A DNA stretch of 64,000 bases from Podarcis pityusensis (taxonomy: Eukaryota), in assembly GCA_964106645.2 (NCBI GenBank), contig OZ067043.1, one strand, 5' to 3'. Position 1 is the stretch's first letter. Every line of letters starts with the position of its first letter. The translations under genes were made by a program, and so were the position numbers. The notes beneath the pieces are model-generated. The model did not search any database. It was not told the DNA's origin and saw nothing but the letters and a program-made list of their open reading frames with translations. Below are positions 45,879 through 59,503 of the stretch, piece by piece.

Positions 45879-45953
45879 CTGGCGTGCCTGGCGTGCTCTG
45901 GTCCATGGGGTCACAAAGAGTCGGACACGACTAAACAATAACAAAACAACAAC
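45879..45953 (+). mobile_element. RTE/BovB 3'-end fragment
   Basis: CTGGCGTGCTCTGGTCCATGGGGTCACAAAGAGTCGGACACGACTAAAC with an (AAC)n tail and ACAACCTG on both sides as a possible TSD. Confidence 0.65.
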
Positions 45954-47679
45954 CTGTGGCTGAGACAGAAATCAGGCATAGTTCTGTCTTCCAGCTTCTA
46001 GCTTACATCACTCAACTCTCAATTCTCGCTTTGTCTTTCTAACAAAGGGAGTGGGGGACCCACGTATTTGTTATCTGGCACAGAACCACTTCCTTTGTTA
46101 CCTAATGGCCCATACTTAGAGAGTCATTACCTCACCAGGAACCTAACCTGGCTATTCCAGAAATTGAATCAATGCTGCCTCCAGGAATTAGAAGGAAGCT
46201 CAGGCATACAACCTACCCCACCTAACTCATAAAACTATATTAAGAGCACGTGACATGTCCAGCTTTTTACATAGCATTCATGCGAAACACAAAACTAGTT
46301 GCCTCCATATGTCTGCTATCTTTATAGGCCTTGTGGCCTTCTGGGGTTTTAACCTAGAATAACTTCAGACTACTCTACAACAGAAAGCACTCCTGTGTGG
46401 GTGACAAAATAGCAGAGGAGCTATGGATTATTCAGATAGAAAACTGTGGGGAAACAGTTAAGACAGACAGGCTTTTAGCTCCAGAAAAGCAAACAGGTTT
46501 CTTTGTTTGCCACTAGATGGCAGACCAACAGGGTCACGCATACTACAATGCAATCTACCAAATGTAAGGATTCACAAAAGTGTACTTTTAGAAGTATAAG
46601 TCCCAAAGAGGAGGAAGAAGAGGTCACACAACAGAACACTCACATGGAAATAGGATATTTCTTTCACCACATGGCAATAAGCCTGCAGAAAGGACCCTGT
46701 TTAAGATGCTCAGGGAATACTTTTTTTTTTTTTGCCAAGCAACTGAGAGGGATTAGGACAACACACGAAAAGGGGAACCACAGCTACACACTATCACACA
46801 CTGCTAGGACTATCCCATAGTGGTGCCCTACACAGGAATCAGAGTTGCGAAGCAGGTGGTGGGATTTTGAACCCCACTGAGGGAAAATGGCCTCACTCTT
46901 GCATACCTAGCCAAAAACTGTTAGATTACAGGGGGGCCAACTTGAATAAAATATTTGGGGACCTAGGTAAGCCCTTCCCCACATAATCACATGATGGGCA
47001 CACCCACACTATTTGAAGGGCAATGCCCATCAACTTTCTGTGGGGTGGTGCCCCCCGAAATATTCTCTTGGCGGGACCTCAGCCCCTAGGAGTTGGCAGG
47101 CAGCATCCCAAAACACTTTGCCCTCATCACCTCTCCGCACAACTTGCCAGCCAACGGACTGCCTCATCTGTCACAGCAGGGGCAATAACCACCCCACACT
47201 TGCCTTTAGGGCCTGCATCCCACCTAACCGAACACAGAATGGAGGTACCACTCGCTCCGACAGCATCCGATTCCTTGTCCTTCCTATTCTGAGGCCAGCT
47301 GAAGCCAGATCAGGTGTGGGAACGGGGTTCCTATCTAGCAACCCCTCTAGGAACAAAGTCACAGCACAGTTGGCAAAAGTATAGCTTTTTTCGTACAGCA
47401 CCTGGGATGGGCAACACCTATGCAAAGGGAAAACATAGCTCTTCGGAAACAAGCCCCACTTTGTAAATCGTTAGGAGAAAAGAATCAGAACTGAGGCCGC
47501 CTTAAATTCCCTTTTAAGGATTAATGGCGAGGTGGGTTCCCTCCACAATCCAGTGCGGGTTCAGGTTAAAGCTGAAGCGAGAGATGCCGCGCTTCTAAAA
47601 CAGGGACGCCCTTTAATACAAAGAGCTCATCCGGGAAATTTGAAAAGCGGTTGCGTCGAAGTGGAAATGGAGCAGTTGA

Positions 47680-48560
47680 CACCTCCCGCCCCACACGTTT
47701 CCACCATAAGCCCTGAGCCTCCGTGAGGCACTGTCGGCCCCGCCCCACCCATTCTCTCCCCCCTCCCCGCCCCACCTATTCTCTGGTTGCCACGGTGACA
47801 GTGGCCCGGCCTACTGGGCAAATAGGAGCAGGCACTACTAAGCGAACAAGAAGCGTCAGGAAGGATCTGCTCCTTGAGGCGGAGCCGTCTCTCTGAGAAA
47901 GGGGGTAGGGCGCAAGGAACCGTCGATCACCGGAGAAGCGACGTGCAATTGGTAAGAATCCTGGTCACGTGCTAGATGGGCAGGACATATATAAACTCGG
48001 GGTGTGTAGGCGCCTTCCGCCATTTTGTCCAGTGCGACGAAGTGGGAGAGGCGGCGGAATCGAGTCTTGGCGGGAAAACGGGCGACGCAGCGATCGAGCT
48101 CGGTGGCTGAGGGGCGAGAAGCGAGGGAGACTGCGGAGGCGACCGAAAAATAATAATCATAAAACCGTGTAGCGGTTACTCGTGAGAGTCGGTCACACTC
48201 CTGGCCCGGCAGCCGGTGAGGGAGGGGCTTGGTCGGGATGGAAGGCCTCGCGGTTGCGGCAGCGGACAAAGAGCCGCCGCCATTTTGTGTGGTTGAAATA
48301 ACGTCAGGTCTCCCGCCGGGATGTTGGACCCGGGGAGGAGATGAAAGGGGAGGCGGACTGCCTGAGCCTGAGGGGCGGCGTGGTGGGCATTATATGCGCA
48401 AGCTCGAGTCGAACCGAGGGAGAATTGTGAGGGCCAGAGGCCGCCGCGATGGGCGGGAAACCGCTCAGTAGTAGGCGCGCCAGTTACCCAAGGCGTAAGA
48501 AGCCCTTTTCGTCTCCTCGTGAGCGAGCAGCCCGAGGCCCAGCTCAAATCACCACAGGCT
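47680..48560 (+). promoter_or_regulatory. SRSF3 CpG-island promoter and non-coding exon 1
   Basis: CpG-rich, with repeated CCGCCCCAC GC-boxes (47686-47775), RFX X-box GTTGCCACGGTGAC (47786-47799), inverted CCAAT (47948-47952), E-box GTCACGTG (47964-47971), TATATAAA (47988-47995) and YY1 CCGCCATTTT at about 48017 and 48277. Candidate donors follow 48181 (CTC|gtgaga) and 48215 (CCG|gtgagg). Confidence 0.85.
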
Positions 48561-48953
48561 GCCTTGATGGGGACCTGCTTTGGGGATCTAAACACAACAT
48601 GCCCTTCCAAGACGAGTTGTCAACCCCTGGATGCCCTCAAATGGGGGAAAGGATCGGCAACTCCTTTCTTATATCGAGGTCTCTTAATTTTGACTTCGCT
48701 TGTGTGTTTTAAGGGCCCGGAGTATGGGTCTTCAATATAAGATATTAATACCTTGGAACAATGGATTATATTTCTAAAGTAGATAAGATGGACTTGAATG
48801 TATGAATAGTTATGCGTTGTAAGTCAAATCATCTGCACTGTATTTTCAAAATCATGAGCCTGTTTCAAATACCTTATAACCCAAAAGGTTCCCTAACTAT
48901 TTAATAAATATGAACAGAAGGCAAACCAGTTTTTCCTTGCATGTCTTTCAGAG

Positions 48954-51900
48954 ATGCATCGTGATTCGTGTCCACTGGACTGCAAGGTTTATGTAGGTAA
49001 CCTTGGGAACAATGGCAACAAAACTGAATTGGAACGAGCTTTTGGCTACTATGGACCACTACGTAGTGTGTGGGTTGCTAGGAATCCCCCTGGTTTTGCT
49101 TTCGTTGAATTTGAGGACCCACGTGATGCTGCTGATGCAGTCAGAGAACTAGATGGGAGGTAAAAATTCACTTATATTTGGGTTGAGCTTATGTGTATAC
49201 TCTGATCTATTAATGTGATATGCTGCTTTGATTGAAAAGAAAATTGGTCACAAGTAGCCTGGCTTCTGTACTTGGAGATCCAAAAGAAATATAACTGATT
49301 TTCTGTGGGAGCTAGTGGGGCTGGGAAGTAATTCTTACTAACAGTCTGTTAAATTTGTGTGAAATGTAATCCTTTGCTTGTGTTAGAAGAGTTTATTTTG
49401 AGTACAGTTTAAACATGTTGCATATTATTCCTGAGTTTCTAGACTTTGCACAGCTATCAAGTTTTGGAAACACTGGTTGTGAGCTCTTGTGATTCTGAGT
49501 GCCCTGTTTCAAACATTTAATATTTTTTTTAAATGGAAATATGCTCAACATTGCAGGCTCTTAATGGCTCAGTCTGTAGCTGAATTTCACTCATGTTGAT
49601 TTAAAAACATTTTTATTTTGACATCTATAATAAGCCTGAAGCTGAATATGCGTTCTATATGATCAAAACAATTTTAAGTGCTGGCTGCTTCTTAGGAGTG
49701 AAATACTGGTCCCCAGTCTAATTTTCAGTTAAACAAAACAAAATTCGACTGACTTGGTATGGTTTTGTGTTGAAGTTTAAATAACTAGGGAAATACAGGG
49801 GCACTAGTTGAAGTGTCTGGCTTAGTTTTATTAGGCTATTAGAACTAACAACTCTTCCCTTTTTCTCTTAGAACACTTTGTGGGTGTCGTGTCAGGGTTG
49901 AACTCTCCAATGGTGAAAAACGTAGTCGGAACCGTGGTCCACCTCCCTCATGGGGTAGACGTCCTCGAGATGACTATCGTAGGAGAAGTCCTCCACCTCG
50001 CCGCAGGTATTTAGGAGCAAAGAATTTGTATAGTAATGTTTGGCAGTATTACCATTTGGCATAATAGACTTTTTTTAAAAAAGAAAAAATGCTTGTCTAT
50101 ACCTACCCAGACACAGAATTTTAAAGCATTGAATATATGTTAGAGGGATACATTGTGTTGAACACTGACTTTTATCCTTAGGTGTCTATACCAGTTGATA
50201 GTGCCCTCTAACATGGATTATCATCTTTCCTTCTGAAGTCTGTTCATCTTCTAGTCACTTTCTTTTTCTTCCCAGTACTCCAACTTGGTTTTTTTTGCTT
50301 TTCTTTACACCATTGTTGTAAACATTGCATACAACAGCTTGGCTTTTCCACCTACTTGAGATTTTTCCACTTTAGCACAATGATGCCAGGCAGGCAACTG
50401 TTTTAAAAATGCTGAAGCAATGAACAGTTGCTTAGCTAAATCTGACAATAGTAAATCTGTTGAAATAAGACCAACTTTTGAGTTATGCAGGAATAAATTT
50501 CAAAATAAAGCAGGTTTTTTACAAGTAATGCATTCTCTGACCCTGACAGATTGGTTGGGTGTTTATTAGTCGTACTTAAGGTCTTTATTTCTGCAAGGGC
50601 TGATTTTAGCCTGTTTCAGGTAAATGAAGTCCATACAAGATAAGAGAGTGAAATCTGTTCCCTTTCACTGTAGAACACAATAGGAGTATTTGTTAGCTAA
50701 TAGATGGTTGTACTGATGGCTTGTTTTTCATTTTTNNNNNNNNNNNNNNNNNNNNNNNNNNNNNNNNNNNNNNNNNNNNNNNNNNNNNNNNNNNNNNNNN
50801 NNNNNNNNNNNNNNNNNNNNNNNNNNNNNNNNNNNNNNNNNNNNNNNNNNNNNNNNNNNNNNNNNNNNNNNNNNNNNNNNNNNNNNNNNNNNNNNNNNNN
50901 NNNNNNNNNNNNNNNNNNNNNNNNNNNNNNNNNNNNNNNNNNNNNNNNNNNNNNNNNNNNNNNNNNNNNNNNNNNNNNNNNNNNNNNNNNNNNNNNNNNN
51001 NNNNNNNNNNNNNNNNNNNNNNNNNNNNNNNNNNNNNNNNNNNNNNNNNNNNNNNNNNNNNNNNNNNNNNNNNNNNNNNNNNNNNNNNNNNNNNNNNNNN
51101 NNNNNNNNNNNNNNNNNNNNNNNNNNNNNNNNNNNNNNNNNNNNNNNNNNNNNNNNNNNNNNNNNNNNNNNNNNNNNNNNNNNNNNNNNNNNNNNNNNNN
51201 NNNNNNNNNNNNNNNNNNNNNNNNNNNNNNNNNNNNNNNNNNNNNNNNNNNNNNNNNNNNNNNNNNNNNNNNNNNNNNNNNNNGAGTAAGCGGCTTATAA
51301 GTAATTACTTTTTCTCAATCAAAGGCTGGCTGTGCATAATTTCGTGGTAACATACATATGTTGCTTGAGCAAAACTTTTAAGGGTGTTAAGGAAACTTAA
51401 TATAAGAAACTAAACTGCAGTATATTTGCATGCGAGATGGCAAACTACATTTAATTGCTAACTTAGTTCTTCCTTGCAAAAATCTGCCAACTCCTTTCAC
51501 CTTTAAACTGTTTTACTAACAGTTTTCGGAACTTAAAACAATTACTTTGGGGTTAAACTGGGCAAACTAAGGTTCTTTAGACTAAACACACTATGACATT
51601 TTAAATTTTTACATTCACAAATATGCAGTTCTAATGGTGTTTAATGGCTTTGTCACGGTGTGCGTTAGTCTTTGACTTGGTACCTTGTGTCCTGTTGCGG
51701 ACTTTTACCTTGCATGGGTTCCAAAATACTGGTTTATACCAATTTTGGGACTACTTGTGGGACATTAGTATAGTGTTCTAGGCAGTGGATTTAGTTGAGA
51801 TGGAAGTGCTGCATTGGACAGGTTTGCTTATGACATGGTGTTAGTTAAAGCAAACTCATGGTTGGAAGCGTGCTGATCACACTTGAGTTTTTAATGCCTG

Positions 51901-53211
51901 AATCTTTCCATTTTGCTGGACGATGAGTGCCATGTTATTTGGCACATTCACTGGGCCCAACAGTGACTTGACAAGTTGGGAATTGCCTCGCCCCACTAAT
52001 GTTGAATTGATGAAAATACTCACTTTTCTATTTTTGATTGTAGATCTCCACGAAGGAGAAGCTTCTCCCGTAGCCGCAGCAGGTAAACTATTGGTGCCGC
52101 ATTTGGGTTGTCTAGATAATGGGTAGGCAAACTAAGACCCAGGGGCCGGATCTGGCCCAATCTCCTTCTAAATCCGGCCCACGGACGGTCCGGGAATCTG
52201 CATGTTTTTACATGAGTAGAATGTGTCCTTTTATTTAAAATGCACCTCTGGGTTATTTGTGGGGCATAGGAATTCGTTCATTTTTTATTTTTTTCAAAAT
52301 ATAGTCCACCCGTCCCCACCCCCTTAAACAGATGGCTCTGTGGTGCAGATGGCACAGGTGTGACATTTCATAGCCCAAAGGATAGTTGAATTATACACTT
52401 GAAGTGCCATAAATCTCTGACTCCTTTGAAAGTGTACTTGGCCAGCACAGTTGTCAGTATGCTGTGTAAAATGCATGCCAAATGTGTTTATTAAAGTATA
52501 GTCTAATCTGAATTCAGCTTTAAACAATTTAAAAGTGTGTTTTTTTCTGCCATCAAATGCTGTGATAAACTAAAATACCTTTCGTTTTGAATCCAGTATC
52601 AATGATGAATTACATATTATTCTAAAATGTGCCTCATAAATTAAGATTTTCAAGCATGTTTACAAGCACTGTACTAGTTAATGCATTGATAGCATGTGTT
52701 GCTCAAATAGAAAGTAAAACCTGTGCACATACATTAGTATGTTATAGCCATTAATTTGCAACATATTTAAAAATATGAATTTAAGCTACAAGAAAAAGGT
52801 TATTCAAGGAGTGAGATTTGAGTATGCTGTTTTTCAAGAATTGCATGAAAAATATATTCTCTTGAAATCCTGATTATTCCTTTTATAGGTCCCTTTCTAG
52901 AGATAGAAGGAGAGAGAGATCACTGTCAAGGGAGAGAAATCATAAGCCTTCCCGTTCATTTTCCAGATCTCGTAGGTAAGAAAACTTCCATAACCTTAAT
53001 GTCTGAATACAGAGTTTAATTCTGTAGCATATTTACTAGAGAAATGTCATTTTCACTAGTGCACTAATTAAAAGCCTTATAATAGGTCAATTTGTCTAGT
53101 TGAAATTTCAGGTGTATGTTTAAATAACGATACTGAACTACTTCCATTGTTTGACTGAGAATCTCAATGTATATTCTATCTAGCCGTTCCAGGTCAAATG
53201 ACAGGAAATAG
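48954..53211 (+). CDS. SRSF3: Serine/arginine-rich splicing factor 3 (SRp20), 164 aa
   Basis: Exons 48954-49159, 49872-50006, 52044-52082, 52889-52975, 53184-53211 total 495 nt. Translation: [83 protein letters not shown], then an RS domain ending SRSRSNDRK*. Confidence 0.98.
50736..51283 (+). other. 548-nt N run at the expected position of the SRSF3 ultraconserved poison (PTC) exon 4
   Basis: Lies between coding exons 3 and 5. The left flank (GCTAATAGATGGTTGTACTGATGGCTTGTTTTTCATTTTT) and right flank (GAGTAAGCGGCTT) resemble my recollection of the conserved intronic flanks of SRSF3 exon 4. The exon itself is not visible. Confidence 0.75.
52119..52322. mobile_element. Truncated copy of the same hAT MITE family in an SRSF3 intron
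   Basis: Near-identical to 14403-14600 (ATGGGTAGGCAAACTAAG...GTAGAATGTGTCCTTTTATTTAAAATGCA...). Confidence 0.75.
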
Positions 53212-56200
53212 AACTTCAGGAACAGCAGTGTACAGGAAGTCATATTAGATCTGAAGAAAGGAGTATGTGAAAGGAGTATGTACAGAACATTGTTTTCTTT
53301 TAAGACTTCATAAGCTTGGTGCATTTTTAAAATGTTTTAGCTGTCAAATTTTGTTTTTCTTGTCTCTTGTAACAGGTGACAAATGTAACAGTTGTGAATC
53401 TGTATATGGTTCTGAGCAGGTCATATGAAGTGTAATAACTTGTTGCTTTACAGTGTACCCTTAAGCATAACTTTGATTTGCATTAATGTTTAGCTAATAA
53501 CCTTGCATAGACTTACCAAATAAAACCTCAAAAGCCATGCAAGTGGCAAATGTTCTTCATATAAATATTGTGTTCTGGAATCTCTGCAGGATCTAAACTT
53601 GAAAGGAAGTACACAACACACATGACCTTTTAATCCTGAGCATTTGCTACAATCACAAATGGGCAATCTATGCAGGGTGAGAGCAGGGTTAATGGACAGG
53701 ATAAAACCAATAGTAAGCAAAAGAGTTATGAAAGCCTTGTGGGAGCTATATGTTTTTGATACTGTTTTACAAGTTCTGATTTATACCAGTTTAGTCAGAA
53801 CTACCTTCTACCATGTAAAAGTGTAGATTAAGTTTTGTATCTTTGTGTGGATCAGTACTTACTGCTGAAATGTGAACTGCCTAATCTGTTCATTATAGAG
53901 CAGACCAAAAGAACAGATGATTAGCTTAAAGGATTTGGGTGCATAAGGGTACATTGTAGATGCGAAATTTTCTTATTGTGCATAAGTTGTCATGTCACTG
54001 TAAACTCTTTGAGATCTTTGGATTAAAATTTTGGTTACAAATCGTTCTAAGTATTTAACTTTCGTATTTTGACAAACTTTCGTGCAAATATAACATTCAG
54101 ATGGACTTGTGTACAGTTTAATTCAAATCTGTTATTGTGAACAATTTGAAGCCATAATCAAATTTCACTGTGTTAATGTTTGGATAAAGAGCTATTCAGA
54201 GAACGTTCATATGTAAGTAACAGACCACACATAGTTCCTTTTAAAATACCTCTTCAAATACCTAGAGGCAATTGCCTCAGTCATCATCTATGGTAATACA
54301 TGGTTACTTACTACAACACATTCACAACAAGTTACAATAATGATTGGCTTAGCATGCTGCACTCCAATGAGCATTCATTTTAGTAATGAAGCACTCAAAC
54401 TTGTATACCAAAAGTGAACTTGCTACGCAGGGATTCAAGTTAAGCATAAAAATTAAGCTTTGTAATGCCGACAAAGCTTTAAATGCTCTGCATTAAAACA
54501 AATGTTGCATGCAACGTTTATCCATTGGTCTTGTGCCCAGAAAATAATTGGTCTTGTGAATTTTAGATTAAATCCATACTACTTGAAAACATTTGGTTTA
54601 ATTTCATTATCTAGCCTTTTAAGGAAAATTACATGGTCATCCAAAGATTGTTAATGTTTAATATTCTATCTTAAACGGCTTCAAAAAGGGGAAATGCATG
54701 CTTCATTAAAGACTTGTCTTGCAGAGTTCCATTGTGCCTTGTCAACCTATGTGGATTAAATCCTCCTGGTAAATTTATTGGTTAAAAAATGATTACCTCT
54801 GGTGGCTTCCTGGTCCCCTTTTTATTCTTCGTGCAGTACAAATGTTTCCTTTGCCTGGCAAGCTTGCATCTGGGTCTGGTGATGCTCATCTGTACCTATG
54901 ATGGATGTGAATTGTGCATTCCCACTCCCAGTGCCTAAAACAACTGGTATAAGCATACAAAGGGGGAAGAAGTCACATTCTCAAATTGGTATTGAAATTT
55001 AAGGGAGTTTTGGGTATAATGAGAGGTGCACATGTACTCTTCAATGTAGCTGTCAACATCTCATTGTCAAGGCAATTTAAGTCCACAGAGAAGTGCATCG
55101 TTCTTCACAAAATGGCAATAGTATACAAACAGCTTATTCTACTTTTAGAAGAAATTGTACCATCAAGTGATGTTTGCTTTCTCTTGCCCTAGGCACGTGG
55201 CAACAGTTGGTTTCTTTGGATATGCATCATAAAGTTGTAATAAGCTAAAATTGCTATTGTGGGCTCCTACTGAGTAGCTAGGAGATACTCTCTGGCTGAA
55301 AAATGGTTACTTGACTGCCTACAGCAGTAATCTTTGCTAGTAGAACATGCAAAGTAATTGTAATGACAAGCCTTTGTGCTATATAGCTGTAGGTGTGCCC
55401 TGACGCTATAACCCAAAGAATGTTGCCAAAGAAGAATTCCTGAAGTGGTAACCTATCCATACCTTTTGGCTTGCCTTACTCTTACATATGTGGAGGAGAC
55501 AACGATGTTAACTTCATAACCATGTGATTTATTACAAGCAGTGTGCTTAAAACAAAACCCATTATAAAAAGCTCTTAACTGGTGATTAGGTACATAGGCT
55601 GGAACCTTAAATCTCCTTTTAGGTGTAAGGTGAGGTGGAATACATTTAGTGGGACTAAATTTTTTGAAAATTAAATTGCTTGCTATATTGGACATCTGAA
55701 AATGGTGAGTTTTGATACTGAATTAATACTGTGAGTAGGAAGCTAATGGCAAGGCTTTTTAGGTTATTATATAAAAACCTTAGCTGTGATTGCAAAGTAA
55801 TGTATGCATATTTTAACAATTGACAGACGTGTAGGCACAACTTGAATATTGCTATCTGAAGTTCTAGTTTCAGGTTGAATTGGTTATTGAATTCATCCAC
55901 AAATGCACTAAAACCTTTAACCAGTAAGGGGACCAATTTCTGGTCATCTTGACAGAATGCAGGCATAATCTGCATAATTAGGTTGCCCGTTTCTCTTGAC
56001 ATTGGTCACATTACATTTTCTTTGTAGATAGGTTTCCAGAACAGTTAATTGTTTTTGTTAGAGGGAACAAGGTAGTAAAGTTTAAATGGCAAAATCTGAG
56101 AAGTTCACTAATTCAGAGAAATGTCCTTGGTGTGTGAATATGGAGGCTTGTATCCAGTGCAGAACTAGGGATATACACTTGAGCAATGGAACTCTTCCCC

Positions 56201-59200
56201 CACCAGTACCCCATGAGTCTGTACTGAGGTTCTTCCAACACCGGGGGTGTGTGTGTGGATTTGGGGAGGATATGTGGTTGCAGGTAAAGTCATGTTACAC
56301 AAGCAGGAACCTATAAGTTGTCTGGACACTCACTAGAGCTTCCAGTGCTATTTTCCTTGGTTCCCTTCATGCTTGAATAATCATTGATTCAGTATAATCA
56401 AGAGCAAGAAGACCATAAACCATGTGACTGGATGAATATTGACTGAACGAACGACCATCTGCACTTTACTGCATCTGTACTGCACTTTACAACGCTGAAG
56501 CCTCCAATGGCGGTTGAGATTCTGGTGGCAAACATTCCAAATGATCACAGAACAAAGTGTCAACAATATCACAGTTTTTGTGAGAGTGGGATTAAAATGT
56601 CATCCTGGGGGAAAGAAGAATCAGGGCTGGAAAGCTGACTGGGAAGGAGATACTAGTAGGTTGCAATTCTTTGAAAATAAGAAATCCTAGAGGGCAGTGT
56701 AAGTAGATTCAGGAATTTGTGTGAAGGGCAGATAGGCCTTGAGAAAAAGGCTTTTGAGTTTCCAAGACTAGTCCCTAAGAAATTCCTGGAACTTGCATGG
56801 AACAATTCTGCTTCCTGTGGCTTCTACGATAAACTGCAGTGGGGTTACATTCTTTTATATGCTACATGCTAATGTAGTCAACTAATTCTTTGTGGCCTTC
56901 TAGTATCAATCAGTACCATAACACTAATATATTTGCATGTACACACTTTGAATACCATACTCTTTAATCAGATTGCCAGGAAAGACACATTATAAGCACA
57001 CGTGAACTACCTGCAATATTAAAATCTCTTCAATAAAAGCATGACTTAATGTATTTGTTTTCAGTGTTAATATTTTGGTAATAAAAAGATACAGTATAAG
57101 CTTGTTTATAGTTGTGTGGGATACGCTTGCCATTGGATATGGGAAACCTATGTAAGTGTCCCTTGCCTTCTGCCAAGAAGAATCCCAAGAAATTTTGGAG
57201 TTGCTTGCATGTGCTTGTGGTTTGAATATGAAAAAACAGGCATTTCTTCTGGCTTATCCATGTCTCCAGCACTAGTGAAACAAGATAACAACTCCTTTTC
57301 CTCTAGAATAGATACTTTGTAGGAATCAAGGAAAAATTGAGATTTGGCTAGCAAGCCAAAGTGATAATTTGTGGAACCCAGTCAGCTCATATGTAGGGGT
57401 GGAGTGGCACAGTGGATTTTACCGACAGCATGGAAAGCAGTCTCCTGTTACAAACAGGATACTCTTTCCATGCTGAATTCAGTCTGCAGTGGACAGTTGT
57501 TAGCAGGATACTTCTTTTTAAAAAACTTGCTGTACTTTAGTGCTGAATAGAGAAGGAATACTCCCAAGATTGAACGAATGGATTTATTATGGTCACAGAC
57601 CAGAAATCTCCCAAGATTAAGCCCCTTGTGACAAGAAAAAATGATTCATGTCAGAGGTGAGTCAAATATGTTGAGAAACCTCTTTTAAGGCCATCTAGTG
57701 ATGTCCTTTAAGAATTTTTATCCCCTTATCCAGGCACTGCTGGAGGCACTAGGCAAATGAAATTGCATGGCTGCCTAGTTACTGCAACTTTGCTGTTGGG
57801 ACTAAACTCTTCTTGTAATGCAATATATAGTAGCTGCCACCATCTTAGATACTGTAATAGATAATTGTTAGGAATAGTTGCTTGAGGCATCCAGTTGTAA
57901 TGCTAACAGCTGCTAGTTTTCACTAACCTCAAATATTAACACATTCTTCATAATTTTGACAAAAGAACTCTGGTGGTGTTGCTACTCCAAAATCAGTTGG
58001 GCTTAAACACTTCCCGCACATGTTCTAGCAAGGTAATGGTCATATTTGTGACTGCAAAAGAAAGTGATAGAGTCCTAGTGCTTGGCATTCTGAACTGGAG
58101 CACCTGGCTGTCACTGGAGATGGGAGAAGCCGTCTGAGGACCAAATTGGAAATGATGCTCCACCCACATCTTCACAGCTCCCTGTTGAGTTATTTAAGAA
58201 ACGTATATCCTGATTTTCACTTACTTCAAAGCAGCTAGGAGCGCTCCTAGAAGCATGAAAACTGCAGTCGCTGACTTAAGACAAAATCTTGGTGAGCACC
58301 TTGTTTCATTTAAATAGGGTATATGGGATATGGTTAGTTGCAAGTTAAATTTTGGTTTAATTCATTAGGATTAATTACCTTCAAAAGGCATCAAGTCTGT
58401 GTGCTCTATTCATACTACCTGCTCCTTCAAAGCCTTAACGTGGCATGAAATCATGGGAGGGAGGCTGACATGCCTGTTTATATTTGGTGGGGGTGGGATG
58501 CAAGATTATGAACTTGAATGGCAGTTCAACATTGAGCTTGAATGGCAGTTCTACCTAGCACATAGCATTGGTGCAGGGCTTTGAGGCAAATTAAAATGGC
58601 AGTGAAGATTTTTTTTTAATTACTGTGGGGATTTACAATGATGATTGGCTCCCAAAAACAGCTGCCTGGAATAGTGCCTGCTTCAAGCATGCATCAATAC
58701 AGTAGTGGACCCTATTGGGTCCCTCGTAGGTACTGAAGGATGTTGCGTGTCTCGGACAGACATGCAGTTACAGCTCACTTGCTTAGAGATATATTAATGT
58801 GCCACAGTTCCTAATTTAGAAACGAAATTTCCTTTCTGCCACCTGGGGAGTCTGGGTGCATCATAGAAAGCAGACCGCATAGTTTTTCCATTAACTTCAG
58901 ACTAAAGACAATTTAAAACAGTCAGCTGCATTCTTACATATATATAAGCTTGGCTGTTAACACAGCCTTAGGCATAACATGATCCTGGAAGTTAGAGTAA
59001 CAGAGAAGGAAAATTGCAGGCTTGTTCTGGTCACGTAAGACACATCTGTGGTAGTTTCTTCGTGTTTGTGGTGATCAGCAAACAACAGCTGGGATTAAAC
59101 GCCTCTATGTAACCTGGTCTCCTAGGAACAGCTGCAACTAACCAATGCAGACACATATTTATAAAATAAATATACCTCTGATAGGTAGTCATGTTGGTCC

Positions 59201-59503
59201 GTTTACGGAAAATGTCCAGCATCCCCTAGGCGTAGTCAGCTGCAATACTCCAGCCTGCTAATTTCAACACCTCTAAATTCTTCATTCTTAAGTGAGAGAG
59301 GAATTCCCAAGAACTAGGTGTTATTTTTCCTTTAGAGATAGTGCAATTACCTGTTAAATCCCCAATTATCACTGGGCAAATTCAGTCTGTTTCACCGTTT
59401 TCCTGCACTTAGTTAAAGCATGTAGTGCAAAGAGGTATAACACACATGGGATAATTCCTTGGAATATACATTCCGTTTTTAAAAAAACAAACTGAAGAAT
59501 TTG

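Noticed and set aside
47532-48740. Several 60-144 aa ORFs
   Set aside because: SRSF3 CpG-island promoter, exon 1 and intron 1; no recognisable protein.
50704-51350. 198-aa and 209-aa ORFs
   Set aside because: Artefacts of translating through the N run.
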